A stretch of 64,000 bases of DNA, taken from Candidatus Eremiobacteria bacterium. Its GTDB lineage: Bacteria > Vulcanimicrobiota > Vulcanimicrobiia > Vulcanimicrobiales > Vulcanimicrobiaceae. Where the stretch lies: positions 128,001 through 192,000 of the forward strand of contig CAVWUU010000004.1 of assembly GCA_963758295.1 (NCBI GenBank). Direction: 5' to 3'. This document shows positions 18,020 to 28,053 of this stretch, one piece after another (the first letter of the stretch is position 1; every line of letters starts with the position of its first letter). The notes beneath the pieces are model-generated. The model did no database searches. It was not told where the DNA came from and saw only the letters and a program-made list of their open reading frames with translations. The translations under genes and the position numbers were made by a program.

Positions 18020-18339
18020 GACGTTGGCTCAACCACAGCAGCTGTGCCGTAAGCGACGATCTCACTCATGGTTCGTCCGAGTTCCGATGAGTCAAAGCGC
18101 ATCATGATCACAGCGTTAGCCCCCATGGCAGTCGCGTTCTCCACCATCCGGTCTGTCGCGTGACGGCGCGCTTCCTCGAGCATTTGGGTGTATTCGGTGA
18201 TTTCGCCGCCGCCCAACGAACGTAGGCCCGCCATGATGTTTCCACCGAGCCCCCGGCTTCGAACAACGAGGCCGAAGACTTGTCCCAGCGTTTTAACGGT
18301 GCGGTGGCCAGCTACGTTCTCCGTCGTGGTAAGGATCAT
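18016..18339 (-). CDS. YbjQ/UPF0145 family protein
   Basis: MILTTTENVAG...LGQVFG.VVRSR...GGEI.EY..ML.EAR..A..RM...A...GANAV; GGAGGAG RBS. Confidence 0.92.
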   Translation of the reverse strand: MILTTTENVAGHRTVKTLGQVFGLVVRSRGLGGNIMAGLRSLGGGEITEYTQMLEEARRHATDRMVENATAMGANAVIMMRFDSSELGRTMSEIVAYGTAAVVEPTS

Positions 18340-18406
18340 TTGCACTCCTCCATAATCGCCTACATTGGATACTGGACGACATCCTAAAACGTAACGCGAT
18401 ACCGCT

Positions 18407-19492
18407 CTAGCCGTTGTCCGGGTGGTCTTTTTGATACGCTGCGACGGCGTCGTCAATGGCTTTGGAGATGTTGCGATCGGTGGTCGACGTCGTGTAGAGT
18501 TCGGCGCCAAAACACGTGTAAACGTGGAGCGTGAAATCGTACACGTTGTGCGCGCCGAAGCCGCCGCCTTCGCGGTGCACGTTTAGCGTTCCCGAGGAAA
18601 CCGTGTTATTGCGCTGCGAGCCGCATACGGCATCTGTAGATTTAGCCACGTTCGCTGGAGCAACGCTTGCGGCGTGCGCGTTATAGCGCGCATTGAACGA
18701 TGTGACGAGATCGTTGGTGCCATTCGTCAGATCGCCGCCCGGCGCGTTGCCGTTGATACGCGCCACAATAACGCCGCGCGCCGGCTTCACGATCTTCGGC
18801 GTAGGAGTCGCTTCCGGGGCTTTGCCCTTCCCTTTGAAGATCGATGAAACGGCGCCCGGAATGCCGTTGAGCTTCATGTTCGCGCCGTTGCTCGCTTGCG
18901 GTGCAGGCGTCGCGCTCGATTGATTTTCAATGTTGACTTGATCGCGGTGTTCGAGCTGCTGGATGACCGAATCGAACGTGAGCGCCTGCGATGCTACGTC
19001 TTGAACCGACGAAATCTGCGCCGTTTGCGAATACGTGCTCGTGCCCGAATTCACGCTGACGAGCTGCGCCACGACGGCGGCTTGCTGGCCGATCGGCTGG
19101 ACGTAGCCGGCAATATAGTAGTCCGCATGTTTCTGGCGCGCGTTGGTTTGATAGTCCGCGCGCTTCACGCCTTGGCCAACCGCGAGAACCGTGAGATTGT
19201 TCGAATTGACGAAGACCTGCGAAAAAATTTGCGCAATACCCAGCCCAACTTTCGAATTGACGTCGGTAGGTGTTTCGAACGGATACACGATGACCGAGGG
19301 TGCGCCCGAGTTAAAGGGCGTTGCGGACGGAGACGGCGCGACGGTAGCCTTGCCCGCGGCGGGACGCGGGGACGACGTCGCGGAGGCCGCGCGCGGTGTC
19401 GCCGAAGGCGAGGGCAATGGGGACGGGGCGGGCGTTGCCGCTAATAGCGCGAGGCTGGAACACACGAGAAAAACACCAAAGGAACGGCGCAC
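18407..19492 (-). CDS. Secreted protein with Pro-rich linkers and a TolB_N/CsgG-like domain
   Basis: Signal peptide, PSPSATP repeats, VIVYPFET...ADYYIAGYV...VAQLVSVNSG. Confidence 0.6.
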   Translation of the reverse strand: MRRSFGVFLVCSSLALLAATPAPSPLPSPSATPRAASATSSPRPAAGKATVAPSPSATPFNSGAPSVIVYPFETPTDVNSKVGLGIAQIFSQVFVNSNNLTVLAVGQGVKRADYQTNARQKHADYYIAGYVQPIGQQAAVVAQLVSVNSGTSTYSQTAQISSVQDVASQALTFDSVIQQLEHRDQVNIENQSSATPAPQASNGANMKLNGIPGAVSSIFKGKGKAPEATPTPKIVKPARGVIVARINGNAPGGDLTNGTNDLVTSFNARYNAHAASVAPANVAKSTDAVCGSQRNNTVSSGTLNVHREGGGFGAHNVYDFTLHVYTCFGAELYTTSTTDRNISKAIDDAVAAYQKDHPDNG

Positions 19493-19518
19493 GGCTCTCC
19501 TTATCCGGGCAGGTACGA

Positions 19519-20211
19519 CTAGGTTTCGATTTGAGAAACGAACGAGCGAAGAGCTTCGTTCGTGTCGGCCGGGCGTTCCACCATAGCGAGGTGCCCGGCG
19601 CCGGGAAGTATTCGCGCCGTGGCGCCCGGTACCCGGTCCGCCACGAACGCTCCGAACTTCGGGGGCGTCATGACGTCTCGCTCGCCCGTAATTGCGAGCA
19701 AGGGGACGTCGATCCGCTCCAGCCGCGACGAGGCGTCGAAGGCGTCGCAGGCTCGGAAGTCCCGGATCGTCTGCTTCTTGCCGACGGCCAGCATCTGCGC
19801 GGCGGACGCTTCTATCCGCTCGGGGGCCGGCTCAGCGAAGAAGTACCCGGCGAGCATTCGCGCCGCGGCCTCGAAATCGCGGTCGATGGCTTCGAAGATC
19901 GCCGGCGCAACGCGAAGCTTCGCCCCCGAACCAAGCAACACGACGCCGGTGATGCGAGGATCGCGTCGCATGGCGAGTTCCAGTGCGATTGCGCCGCCCA
20001 TCGAACTGCCCGTAACGACGACGTTGCGCACATCGCGTTCTTCGCAATACGCGGAAACGAAATCGGCGAACTCCTCGATGCTCTCCGCGCTGCCCGGAAC
20101 GGTGTGTCCCGGGAGCGTCAAGGCGACGGAGCTTGGAAATGCGCGCGTTTGACTTGCAAAGACGTCGCCGGTGCAGCCGGCACCGTGGATGAATAACAAC
20201 GTTGACTTCAA
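19519..20211 (-). CDS. Alpha/beta hydrolase
   Basis: FIHGAG, LPGH, GSSMGG nucleophile elbow, GERD.MTPP, GAGHL. Confidence 0.9.
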   Translation of the reverse strand: MKSTLLFIHGAGCTGDVFASQTRAFPSSVALTLPGHTVPGSAESIEEFADFVSAYCEERDVRNVVVTGSSMGGAIALELAMRRDPRITGVVLLGSGAKLRVAPAIFEAIDRDFEAAARMLAGYFFAEPAPERIEASAAQMLAVGKKQTIRDFRACDAFDASSRLERIDVPLLAITGERDVMTPPKFGAFVADRVPGATARILPGAGHLAMVERPADTNEALRSFVSQIET

Positions 20212-21068
20212 TTCTCGATAACCGTCGGTTCGGCGATGGGTTCCAGCACGTCAACGAGCGTTGGAACTCGTTCGCGTCCGTGATGGGCCGCCCACGCTGC
20301 GCTGAATTCAGCGCCGTAAAAGAAGGTCGATCCGATCACGTAAAACCAGAAAAGCAGCACGAGCGGCACGGAAAGCGCGCCGTAGATCTGCGTGAAATTG
20401 ATGTGCAGTGTGTATTGCGTAAACGCAAACTGGACGATGGGCCACAACACGGCGACGATCACCGCGCCGGGAAAGGCAAATCCCCACGACATGTGGCGGT
20501 TCGGTAGAAACTTGTAGAGTACGAACGTCGACACGAACACGAGCGCGATGGAAATGACGTACGCGGCTACGTGCGTCAGATTTTGGCGATCGGGAAGGTT
20601 GGCGACCGCCATCGCGATGGACATGATCACCGGCAGGCCCATTGCGACGATCAGGGCGAGCGCCATAATCGGCAGCATAATGAGCGAGAGCGCGATGTTG
20701 TGAATCAACGGACGGCCTTTCGGCACGCCCAGCGCGCGATCCAAGGCGTATGCAAGACCCATGAAGAGATTCTTGCCGGACCACGCCAAAAAGCCGATAG
20801 CGATGATACTCGAGATGCCGCGGCCGTAGATATACGACTGAAGATTCGCGGCTACGAATTGGTGGAGCGTGGGGCTAAACTCGTCAAAGAAGCCCAGCAC
20901 GCGCTCTTGCGCCATCGGATAAACGTATGACGCGGCGGTTAGAACCAAAACCACCAGCGGAAACAGCGCAAAGAGCGCGTTGAAAGCGATGGCTTGCGCT
21001 AGGAAGGCGCAGCCGTCTCTCGAGAAGCGGAGGCCGGCCTCACGTAGGGCCGAAATGAGTCGCTCCAT
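20208..21068 (-). CDS. YihY / BrkB family inner-membrane protein
   Basis: AQAIAFNALFALFP, LYKFLPN, IYGAL....VLLFWFY......GAEF. Confidence 0.9.
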   Translation of the reverse strand: MERLISALREAGLRFSRDGCAFLAQAIAFNALFALFPLVVLVLTAASYVYPMAQERVLGFFDEFSPTLHQFVAANLQSYIYGRGISSIIAIGFLAWSGKNLFMGLAYALDRALGVPKGRPLIHNIALSLIMLPIMALALIVAMGLPVIMSIAMAVANLPDRQNLTHVAAYVISIALVFVSTFVLYKFLPNRHMSWGFAFPGAVIVAVLWPIVQFAFTQYTLHINFTQIYGALSVPLVLLFWFYVIGSTFFYGAEFSAAWAAHHGRERVPTLVDVLEPIAEPTVIEN

Positions 21069-21090
21069 CGGATGCGAATATCGCCGTTCC

Positions 21091-21600
21091 GTGACGTTAT
21101 TCCCACTGGCGGCAGCCGTAACGATTCTGCTCGACGGCCAACCTGTGCAGGGCTATACCGCACTATTTGAGGCGGGCGGTCACATCTTCGCGCCCGTGCG
21201 TCCGTTCGTCACGCGCATCGCCGACCGCATTTGGTACAGCGGCGATCGATTGGCGGTGCAGCGCGACGGCAAAACGGTATTCATTCGCCTGCAAAGACGT
21301 GAGCCCGACGCGCTCGACGGTGAATTCATTCCACTGCGTGCCGTGATGAACGCGCTTGGCGCCGACGTGCAGTACGACGAAGTGATGCACGAAGTGAACA
21401 TTCGCATGCCGATGCATCCGACGGTGGAGTCGCCGGCGCCATTCGATGCATCGGTACCTCAAGTGGCACCCACCATGGTTTTTACGCCGACGCCGGAAGC
21501 CACACCGCGGCCTGTCTGGAGCGGCTCGCCGCTACCGCGCCGCACGCCGCTCCCATACTCGAGTTCTCCACCGGCTCCGCACGAGAGCGCCCTATTTTAG
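21091..21600 (+). CDS. Copper-amine-oxidase N-terminal (stalk)-like domain protein with Pro-rich tail
   Basis: FIPLRAVMNALGADVQYD motif. GTG start is approximate. Confidence 0.6.
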   Translation: MTLFPLAAAVTILLDGQPVQGYTALFEAGGHIFAPVRPFVTRIADRIWYSGDRLAVQRDGKTVFIRLQRREPDALDGEFIPLRAVMNALGADVQYDEVMHEVNIRMPMHPTVESPAPFDASVPQVAPTMVFTPTPEATPRPVWSGSPLPRRTPLPYSSSPPAPHESALF

Positions 21601-22436
21601 CGCGCGGCTACCGCGCCGAGATCATCGGAACCGGCGCCCCGCGTTTGGGCGGCTCGCAACTCTGCTTCGACCGCATCTATCACGGGAAGCGCGGAACCAT
21701 TGGCTGCGCCTTGCATAAGCATTGCGTCTTTACGAGCCATATCGACTGTCCATGCCGGCGAGTAATCGGCTTCGGCCATGCGTCTTCCGCGACCGTCGAT
21801 CTGCCCTTGCACGTTGTAGAACGAAAACAGCTCGTAGGCTTGTTCCCGTGAAAGGCCCTGTTGCTCGGCGATCCGGTAAACGTCGTTCAACCCGCCGATT
21901 ACGGCCAAAATCATCGCATTGCCCATGAGTTTGTAAACGGCGGCCAGGTCAGGCCGTTCGCCGAAATACTTCACCGTGCCGGTCATTTGCGCGAGCTGGT
22001 CTTTCATCGCTTCAAAAGTGGCAGCCGATCCGGAGACAAGCATGGTTCCGGTTCCGTTGAGGCTGTTCGGCGGTCCCATAAAAACCGGCGCATCCAAGAA
22101 TCTATGTCCGCTGCTCGCAAGCCGGTTGGAACGTTCCACGACGTTTTGCGGAAGCACGGTGGTGTGATCGACGATCGTTACACCGCGATCGAGCGCCGGC
22201 AAAATCGCTTTGAGGATTAGATCGACCGCGGTGTCATCGCTCACGCAAATATGCACGCGCGCAACGCCCCGCGCAGCTTCCGCCGGATCTTCGAAAGCAA
22301 CGATGCCGTTTTCTTCGAGGTCTTTTGCTCGTTTGAAAGTACGGTTCCAAACGTTCACCGCATAACCGTGCCGGCGTAAATTTTTGATGAATCCGGAACC
22401 GAGCATCCCGGCTCCGTAAAAAGCCACCTTTTCCAT
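21597..22436 (-). CDS. NAD(P)-dependent beta-hydroxyacid dehydrogenase (3-HIBADH/6PGDH family)
   Basis: GAGMLG, VWNRT, FLDAPV.MGP, KLMGN, KDA.L. Confidence 0.88.
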   Translation of the reverse strand: MEKVAFYGAGMLGSGFIKNLRRHGYAVNVWNRTFKRAKDLEENGIVAFEDPAEAARGVARVHICVSDDTAVDLILKAILPALDRGVTIVDHTTVLPQNVVERSNRLASSGHRFLDAPVFMGPPNSLNGTGTMLVSGSAATFEAMKDQLAQMTGTVKYFGERPDLAAVYKLMGNAMILAVIGGLNDVYRIAEQQGLSREQAYELFSFYNVQGQIDGRGRRMAEADYSPAWTVDMARKDAMLMQGAANGSALPVIDAVEAELRAAQTRGAGSDDLGAVAAR

Positions 22437-22454
22437 TCGTAAAGCCTTTCCCCG

Positions 22455-22491
22455 AAAAAGAAAAAAGCCGCCGTAGCGATACGGCGGCTTT
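22455..22491 (-). terminator. Intrinsic terminator downstream of doxX
   Basis: AAAGCCGCCGTA-GCGA-TACGGCGGCTTT stem with a U-tract on the minus strand. Confidence 0.75.
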
Positions 22492-22506
22492 CGGTATTGC
22501 GATTCG

Positions 22507-23010
22507 TTATTGCGCGGGAGCGCTTACCTGACGTCGCGCCAGGAGATTCAGCAGACCGAGAACGATCCCCGCAGTAACGGCGAGTGCCGCTTGCGCCGGG
22601 GTTGCGAAAACTTGGAGACCGGCCAGACGATCGATCGAGTATGCGCCGTTGCCCGCGAATGCGATGGCTAGCGCGGCAAGAATGTAGAAGACATTGAGCT
22701 CGACGCCGTTGTTCGTAGAGAACAGGCCACCTTTCGCGTGCACCGAGAAGGCTGCCACAACCATCACCATGATAATGATGGCCGGACCAAGCGCGCCGCC
22801 CAGGCCGAGTACGGTCAGAACGCCGCCCGTCAGTTCACCGGCACCCGCTGCGAACGCAAAGATGCGTCCCGGACGGAAGCCGAGCGATTCGAAGAAGCCG
22901 CCGGTACCCGCCAGACCATATCCGCCGAACCAGCCGAAAAGTTTTTGCGCCCCGTGGGCCGCAATATATAGTCCCAGTACGAGACGAATAAGAAGAAACG
23001 CGAGATCCAT
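22507..23010 (-). CDS. DoxX family membrane protein (CatD-like)
   Basis: RLVLG....HGAQKLFGWFGG.G..GT...F..LG.RP, G.GAYSID. Confidence 0.92.
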   Translation of the reverse strand: MDLAFLLIRLVLGLYIAAHGAQKLFGWFGGYGLAGTGGFFESLGFRPGRIFAFAAGAGELTGGVLTVLGLGGALGPAIIIMVMVVAAFSVHAKGGLFSTNNGVELNVFYILAALAIAFAGNGAYSIDRLAGLQVFATPAQAALAVTAGIVLGLLNLLARRQVSAPAQ

Positions 23011-23038
23011 TGTGATCCTTGACTCCAGTAAACCTTAT

Positions 23039-23079
23039 CTTGTGTTGGTAGCCTACTTATGATAAGCTACGAACACAAG
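23039..23079. promoter_or_regulatory. Inverted repeat, candidate operator for the HxlR-type regulator
   Basis: CTTGTGTTGGTAGC-N13-GCTACGAACACAAG (13/14 complementary) with an inner CTTAT-G-ATAAG palindrome, between the divergent doxX and regulator genes. Confidence 0.55.
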
Positions 23080-23098
23080 GTATCACGGGAAGTCGGCT

Positions 23099-23476
23099 AT
23101 GTCAAGTAATCAACCTACGGAAAATAAGTTAGAAGAAGCGGTGCTTTGCCCGCGGTTCCATCACGCGGTGGAACTGATCGGCCGGCGCTGGACCGGCGCG
23201 GTCGTCCGGGTGTTGCTGCCTGGGCCACGCCGGTTCAACGAGTTACTCGCGGCGATTCCCGGAATTTCCGACCGGCTGCTCACCGAGCGGTTGCGCGAAT
23301 TGGAAGGCGCCGGCTTGCTAGAGCGGCGCGTTGAATCCGGCTCGCCCGTCAAGGTCGTGTACGAGCTGACGTGTCCCGGGCACGAGCTTCAGGAGCCGCT
23401 CGACGCGCTCGGCCATTGGGCGGAGAAGTGGCTGCCGCAGCTGGCTAAACATGAAGCAGACGACGGCGCAGCTTAG
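23099..23476 (+). CDS. HxlR/DUF24 winged-helix transcriptional regulator
   Basis: CP....VELIGRRWT, RFNEL...IPGIS.RLLTERLRELE..G, P..V.YELT..G..L. Confidence 0.93.
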   Translation: MSSNQPTENKLEEAVLCPRFHHAVELIGRRWTGAVVRVLLPGPRRFNELLAAIPGISDRLLTERLRELEGAGLLERRVESGSPVKVVYELTCPGHELQEPLDALGHWAEKWLPQLAKHEADDGAA

Positions 23477-24441
23477 TGCGTAAGCGTTTGCGCTAACACG
23501 AACGTAATGCCGTCCGCCTGCAGCTCCGGGATGAGGGCGCGAACGGCCTCAAGCGTCGAGGGACGCGGGTGTCCGATCGCTATCGCGCTGCCGGATCGTT
23601 TCGCGATAGCGGCCGCTTCGCGCAGCTGCGCTTCTGAATAGGCGACGTCGGCTTTATTATCGAGGAACACGTCGCGTGCTGCGGTCGGCACGCCCTCGGC
23701 GGTCGCGGTGGATTCGCCGACGGACGCGCTGCTCGTCTTCGAATCCACGAAGAACAAGTTTCCGTGCTTCGAAAGCACGCCGATCACGTCGTGCATGACG
23801 CGAGAATCGGCACTGGCTTTACTACCCTCGTGATTGTTCACGCCTTGCGCGAGCGGTATTTGCGCGAGATCGGCTTCGACTTGCGCGTCGATCTCCGCGT
23901 CGGTCATCTCCGTTGTCACCTTGCCGGGGCCCGGATTCATTCCCGAAAGCGTTTCCATAGGCAGATGGAGCATGACGCCTTTGCCGGCATCGCTCGCTTC
24001 GCGCGCGATCGTCGCGTTGTAATGAACGTCCGGAAGAACGGACAACGTGAGCGGAATCGGTAAGGCCACGAAACCGCGCTCCGTCGTGATCCACTGTCCG
24101 CAGTCGTCAATGATCAGCGCGAGCTTGGGACCGTTGGCCGCGGCGGGCGAAGGCGCCGAAGGCGTGGCGGCCGGCGAGCGTTCCGGAGAGGCGCTCGGAG
24201 TGGCGGATGCTTCGGAGCTTGGCGTTTCGGTCGTCTCCGGCAGCGCGCTTTGCGTTTCGGGCACCGCCGTCTCCGTAGCGACGGCGACCGGCGGTTGTTC
24301 AACCGCGCGATGCTTGTGCGTGGCGAGCACCGGATGGAAGAGCCACCAAGCGACAACGACGAGGATGGCCAGGAGCAGGGCAGGCGTGAGCCACCCGTTG
24401 TTGGACGGGCGCTTACGGCGCGAAGATGGACGTTTCGGCAC
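23473..24441 (-). CDS. Divergent polysaccharide deacetylase (YibQ/DUF610), membrane-anchored
   Basis: ALIIDDCG, MLHLPME, GVNNHEGS, FFVDSKT, RDVFLDN, AIAIGHP. Confidence 0.9.
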   Translation of the reverse strand: MPKRPSSRRKRPSNNGWLTPALLLAILVVVAWWLFHPVLATHKHRAVEQPPVAVATETAVPETQSALPETTETPSSEASATPSASPERSPAATPSAPSPAAANGPKLALIIDDCGQWITTERGFVALPIPLTLSVLPDVHYNATIAREASDAGKGVMLHLPMETLSGMNPGPGKVTTEMTDAEIDAQVEADLAQIPLAQGVNNHEGSKASADSRVMHDVIGVLSKHGNLFFVDSKTSSASVGESTATAEGVPTAARDVFLDNKADVAYSEAQLREAAAIAKRSGSAIAIGHPRPSTLEAVRALIPELQADGITFVLAQTLTH

Positions 24442-24536
24442 GACGAACGGCTTGTTCGCGATTTGACCGGCCGCACGCCTGCGTCAACCCGCCGCGATCG
24501 CAGCGAGCGTACGGGCCGGCGTCGAAAAACGGAGGA

Positions 24537-25382
24537 ATGCACGACGCTTTACGCGATGCGCTCGACGGCATTACCGTCGTAGCGCTGGCAACCAACATTC
24601 CGGGACCGCTCGCCGCCGCGCACCTGCGTTCGCTCGGCGCTCGCGTCGTAAAAATTGAACCGTCTAACGGCGACAGTTTGGAAAAAGCATCACCCGCTTG
24701 GTATGCCGCGATAACGACGGGGCTTGAAGTGCTTCGTCTGGATTTGCGCGATGCGGCCGGTCTGCGTGCGCTCGAAGCGCATCTGAGCGGCGCTGACATC
24801 TTGCTCACCGCAATGCGCGCGAGTTCATTGTTGCGTCTCGGATTGAACTGGCCGTCCTTACATGCCAAGCATCCGCGTTTATGTCATGTCGCGATCTCGG
24901 GAGAAGTTCCGCCGCACGACGATCGTCCCGGACACGATCTCACCTATCAAGCGCGAGCAGGAACCTTAACGCCGCCCACCATGCCGCGCGTCCTTGCGGG
25001 CGACATGGCGGCGGCCGAACGTGCCGTAGCGGCGGTGCTTGCAGCGCTCTTCGCGCGAGAGCGCCGCGGTACGGTCATGCGCGTCGACGTCGGCATCGTA
25101 GATGCAGCCGTCGATTTTGCGGCACCGGTGCGTTTCGGTCTGACCGCCGCAAGCGGCCCGCTCGGCGGCGCCGTCTCCACGTACCGCATGTACTCGGCGA
25201 AGGACGGTTACGTGGCGCTCGCGGCCATTGAGGCACATTTCGTCGAACGATTGACGACGATGCTGGATGGCGCGACGAGCGACGCGGAAACGCTCTCCCA
25301 AATCTTCGCGCAGCGAACCGCTGAAGAGTGGGAGCGATTGGCGGAGCAACACGATGTGCCGCTATGCGCGGTTCGCGCGTGA
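24537..25382 (+). CDS. CoA-transferase family III (CaiB/BaiF)
   Basis: PGP.A...[29 protein letters not shown] before ATG 24537. Confidence 0.88.
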   Translation: MHDALRDALDGITVVALATNIPGPLAAAHLRSLGARVVKIEPSNGDSLEKASPAWYAAITTGLEVLRLDLRDAAGLRALEAHLSGADILLTAMRASSLLRLGLNWPSLHAKHPRLCHVAISGEVPPHDDRPGHDLTYQARAGTLTPPTMPRVLAGDMAAAERAVAAVLAALFARERRGTVMRVDVGIVDAAVDFAAPVRFGLTAASGPLGGAVSTYRMYSAKDGYVALAAIEAHFVERLTTMLDGATSDAETLSQIFAQRTAEEWERLAEQHDVPLCAVRA

Positions 25383-25425
25383 ACCGCGAATCGTAAGATC
25401 TTTGAAGAGGAACGAGAGGACGCGA

Positions 25426-26190
25426 ATGAATTTAAACGGGAAGACTTTCGTAATTACCGGCGGAGCGTCAGGGCTCGGCGCTGCGTGCGCGCGCGAATTC
25501 ACGAGCGCCGGCGCAAACGTCGTGATTATCGACATCGGTGAACGCGGCGCGGAAGTCGCAACGGAGCTTGGATCGGCCGCGCGATTTGCAAAAACCGACG
25601 TGACGGACGAGAAACAAGTTCAGGCGGCGATAGACTTAGCGAAACGAGAGTTCGGCGGCGTGCACGGGGCAATCAATTGCGCGGGCATCGCCACGGCGGA
25701 ACGCGCGCTTGCACGCGAAGGCCCGCAACCGCTCGAGCACTTTGCGCGGGTCATTTCGGTGAATCTCATCGGCACGTTCAACGTCGTCCGCTTGGCGGCC
25801 GCCGCGATCGTGGAAAATGCAACCGAGCCGAATCAGGACCGCGGCGTAATCGTGTGTACTGCATCCGTTGCAGCCTTCGACGGGCAGATCGGCCAAGTTG
25901 CGTATAGCGCGTCGAAGGGCGGCGTGGTGGCCATGGTGTTGCCGCTCGCGCGTGAGTTCGCGCAACACCAGATCCGGGTGATGGGCATTGCGCCCGGGAT
26001 TTTCAATACGCCGATGATGGCCGGTTTGCCTGAAGCCGCGCGTGAGTCGCTTGGGAAACAAACGCCATTTCCCGCGCGGCTTGGAGAACCGGCGGAGTAC
26101 GCCGCGCTGGCGCGCCACATCGCCGAGAACCAAATGCTCAACGGCGAAGTGATTCGTCTCGACGGCGCTATCCGGCTAGCTCCGCGTTAG
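25426..26190 (+). CDS. 3-hydroxyacyl-CoA dehydrogenase type II (HSD17B10-like SDR)
   Basis: [46 protein letters not shown]. Confidence 0.92.
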   Translation: MNLNGKTFVITGGASGLGAACAREFTSAGANVVIIDIGERGAEVATELGSAARFAKTDVTDEKQVQAAIDLAKREFGGVHGAINCAGIATAERALAREGPQPLEHFARVISVNLIGTFNVVRLAAAAIVENATEPNQDRGVIVCTASVAAFDGQIGQVAYSASKGGVVAMVLPLAREFAQHQIRVMGIAPGIFNTPMMAGLPEAARESLGKQTPFPARLGEPAEYAALARHIAENQMLNGEVIRLDGAIRLAPR

Positions 26191-26816
26191 AGCGGCCTTG
26201 ACCGGCGCAGCATTTAAGTTCACAAGCGTTGGGAACTTCGACTGCAGCGCGCGCAGTTTCGGAATGTCGTTGTACACGATATAGCCGCTCTGTGGGTTGT
26301 GCACGAGATAGTCTTGGTGGTAGGCTTCCGCGGGGAAGAACGTCGAGTACGCCTCGAGCTTCGTAACGATCGGCGCCGGGAAGACGCGTTTGCGCTGCAG
26401 TTGAGCGATATAGGCCGCGGCTTCTTGACGTTGCGCTTCGCTCGTGTAGAAAATCTCCGAACGGTACTGGGACCCTTCATCGGGCCCTTGGCGGTTCAGT
26501 TCGGTCGGATCGTGCGCGACCAAGAAATAGACGTCGAGAAGCCGGCGGAACGAGATGATGCTCGGGTCGTACGTAATCTCAACGGACTCTGCGTGCCCCG
26601 TTGCGCCGGTACTTACGATTTCGTAGTGTGCTGTCAAGGCGGAGCCGCCGGCATAACCGGCAACCACGTGGCGCACGCCGCGCACCGACTCGAAGACGGC
26701 CTGCATGCCCCAAAGCAGCCGCCGGCGAAAACGGCGCGATCGGCGGCGGCCCGGGCGGTCGCCGGGGACAGCAAGGTAAGCGCTAAGAGCGCGAAAACCG
26801 CAAGTGATTTTAGCAT
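26176..26816 (-). CDS. msrA: Peptide-methionine (S)-S-oxide reductase with signal peptide; 1-nt frameshift at about 26712, probably a sequencing error
   Basis: GCFWG is broken by one missing T (TGCTTTGGGGCATG). GYAGG, GHAE.V...YDP, RQGPD.G.QYRS and AE.YHQDY are intact. Confidence 0.9.
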
Positions 26817-26901
26817 TTCACTCAATTGAACGATGTCCGGGCGCGCCTGGATGAGGAGCCGGTAACATTTCGTCATCAGGATTCGTTCAGACTAACGCGG
26901 T

Positions 26902-27816
26902 ATGAATACGCTAATGAAGCGCGTCTATTCGTTTGCGGCGGTAATGGCGCTTTCGCTGCTGGCTCTAACGGCAGCGGCGCTTGCTTTAACGCCCGCACCT
27001 TCCCATGCGAGTCCCGCTCGTGTAGCGGCCGCCGGCCCGGCGCCATTTCCGTCCCCGGACGATCTCCTTATCGCGATCCGGAACAGGTTCCGCTCGCACC
27101 GGCCGCCGCCGCCCTTCGAGATCTACACGCTGGAACGGTCGCAACAGACCAGCTACGGCTACCCCGACTATAACGACACGTATACCTATCACATCTGGTA
27201 TCGTTCCTACGATCACGCCGCGATGGAACGCAAGCATTTCCACCTCGGCGCAATCGGCAACTTGGAATTCAAACGGCCGATGTTCAACGTTGCGGACGAT
27301 CCCGGTCCGCCGACGGCCGACGTTTTCGAGCCGGCGCCGCTTCATACGCTTGCCCCGGATTTCGTTCCGACTCCCGAGGCGAGCATGCCGCCGATCATTG
27401 CGACGGTGCGCGTTCGCGCAAACTTCGACTACCGAGTCACGGCGGTGCAGCGTGAGGGCTCGCTCATTCACGTCTCGATCATGCCGAAGCGCGATCCCGA
27501 CCGTAACCGCCTGCGCGAGCTGTGGGTCGATGCCAAAACGCTTGATTTAAAGAAGATCATTGCGACGGACAAACTTTTCATCCAAGGCGGCCCGGTGTAT
27601 CCGATTCTCTTCACGATCGACTTCGATATGCTTGCGGGCGTGCCGATCATTACGCACATCCACGGCGAAGTTGCGGACCCGTCCTACGACGGCGACGGAA
27701 AAACCGTCGAGTACGTCTTCAAAGACATCGTCTTTCCGAAGGCGCTACCCGACTGGTATTTCAATGCTCGCGATTACGCCCAGCACACGAACGACGCGCC
27801 GGACAACGACGGGTAG
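26902..27816 (+). CDS. Secreted hypothetical protein, distant paralog of 6805/7673
   Basis: Signal peptide; shares WYR, DPGPP, PIIATV and LRELWVD blocks in the same order. Confidence 0.8.
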   Translation: MNTLMKRVYSFAAVMALSLLALTAAALALTPAPSHASPARVAAAGPAPFPSPDDLLIAIRNRFRSHRPPPPFEIYTLERSQQTSYGYPDYNDTYTYHIWYRSYDHAAMERKHFHLGAIGNLEFKRPMFNVADDPGPPTADVFEPAPLHTLAPDFVPTPEASMPPIIATVRVRANFDYRVTAVQREGSLIHVSIMPKRDPDRNRLRELWVDAKTLDLKKIIATDKLFIQGGPVYPILFTIDFDMLAGVPIITHIHGEVADPSYDGDGKTVEYVFKDIVFPKALPDWYFNARDYAQHTNDAPDNDG

Positions 27817-27974
27817 CTACTCGTCCCGCACGTAGAGCGTCCACGGACGTTCGGGGTGATGGTCCGCGGGAAACGTCTCGCCCTTGTTAAGGTGAATGCG
27901 GTGCCCGCATTCAGCGCATTCATACTGTCCCGATTCGGGATCGTCTGTCCTTGGTGACCGAAAACCTCTGCCAT
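27817..27974 (-). CDS. YjzC-like small zinc-ribbon protein; 1-nt frameshift at about 27938
   Basis: Restoring one C in a C-run gives MAEVFGHQGQTIPESGQYECAECGHRIHLNKGETFPADHHPERPWTLYVRDE (158+1 nt = 53 codons). Confidence 0.7.
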
Positions 27975-28053
27975 AGCAGCGGCTTACCCGAAGCACCCGG
28001 GAGTGAAAACGCGGAAGCGAACAACCTCGCGGCCGCCGTTCCGCGCGGCTTGG

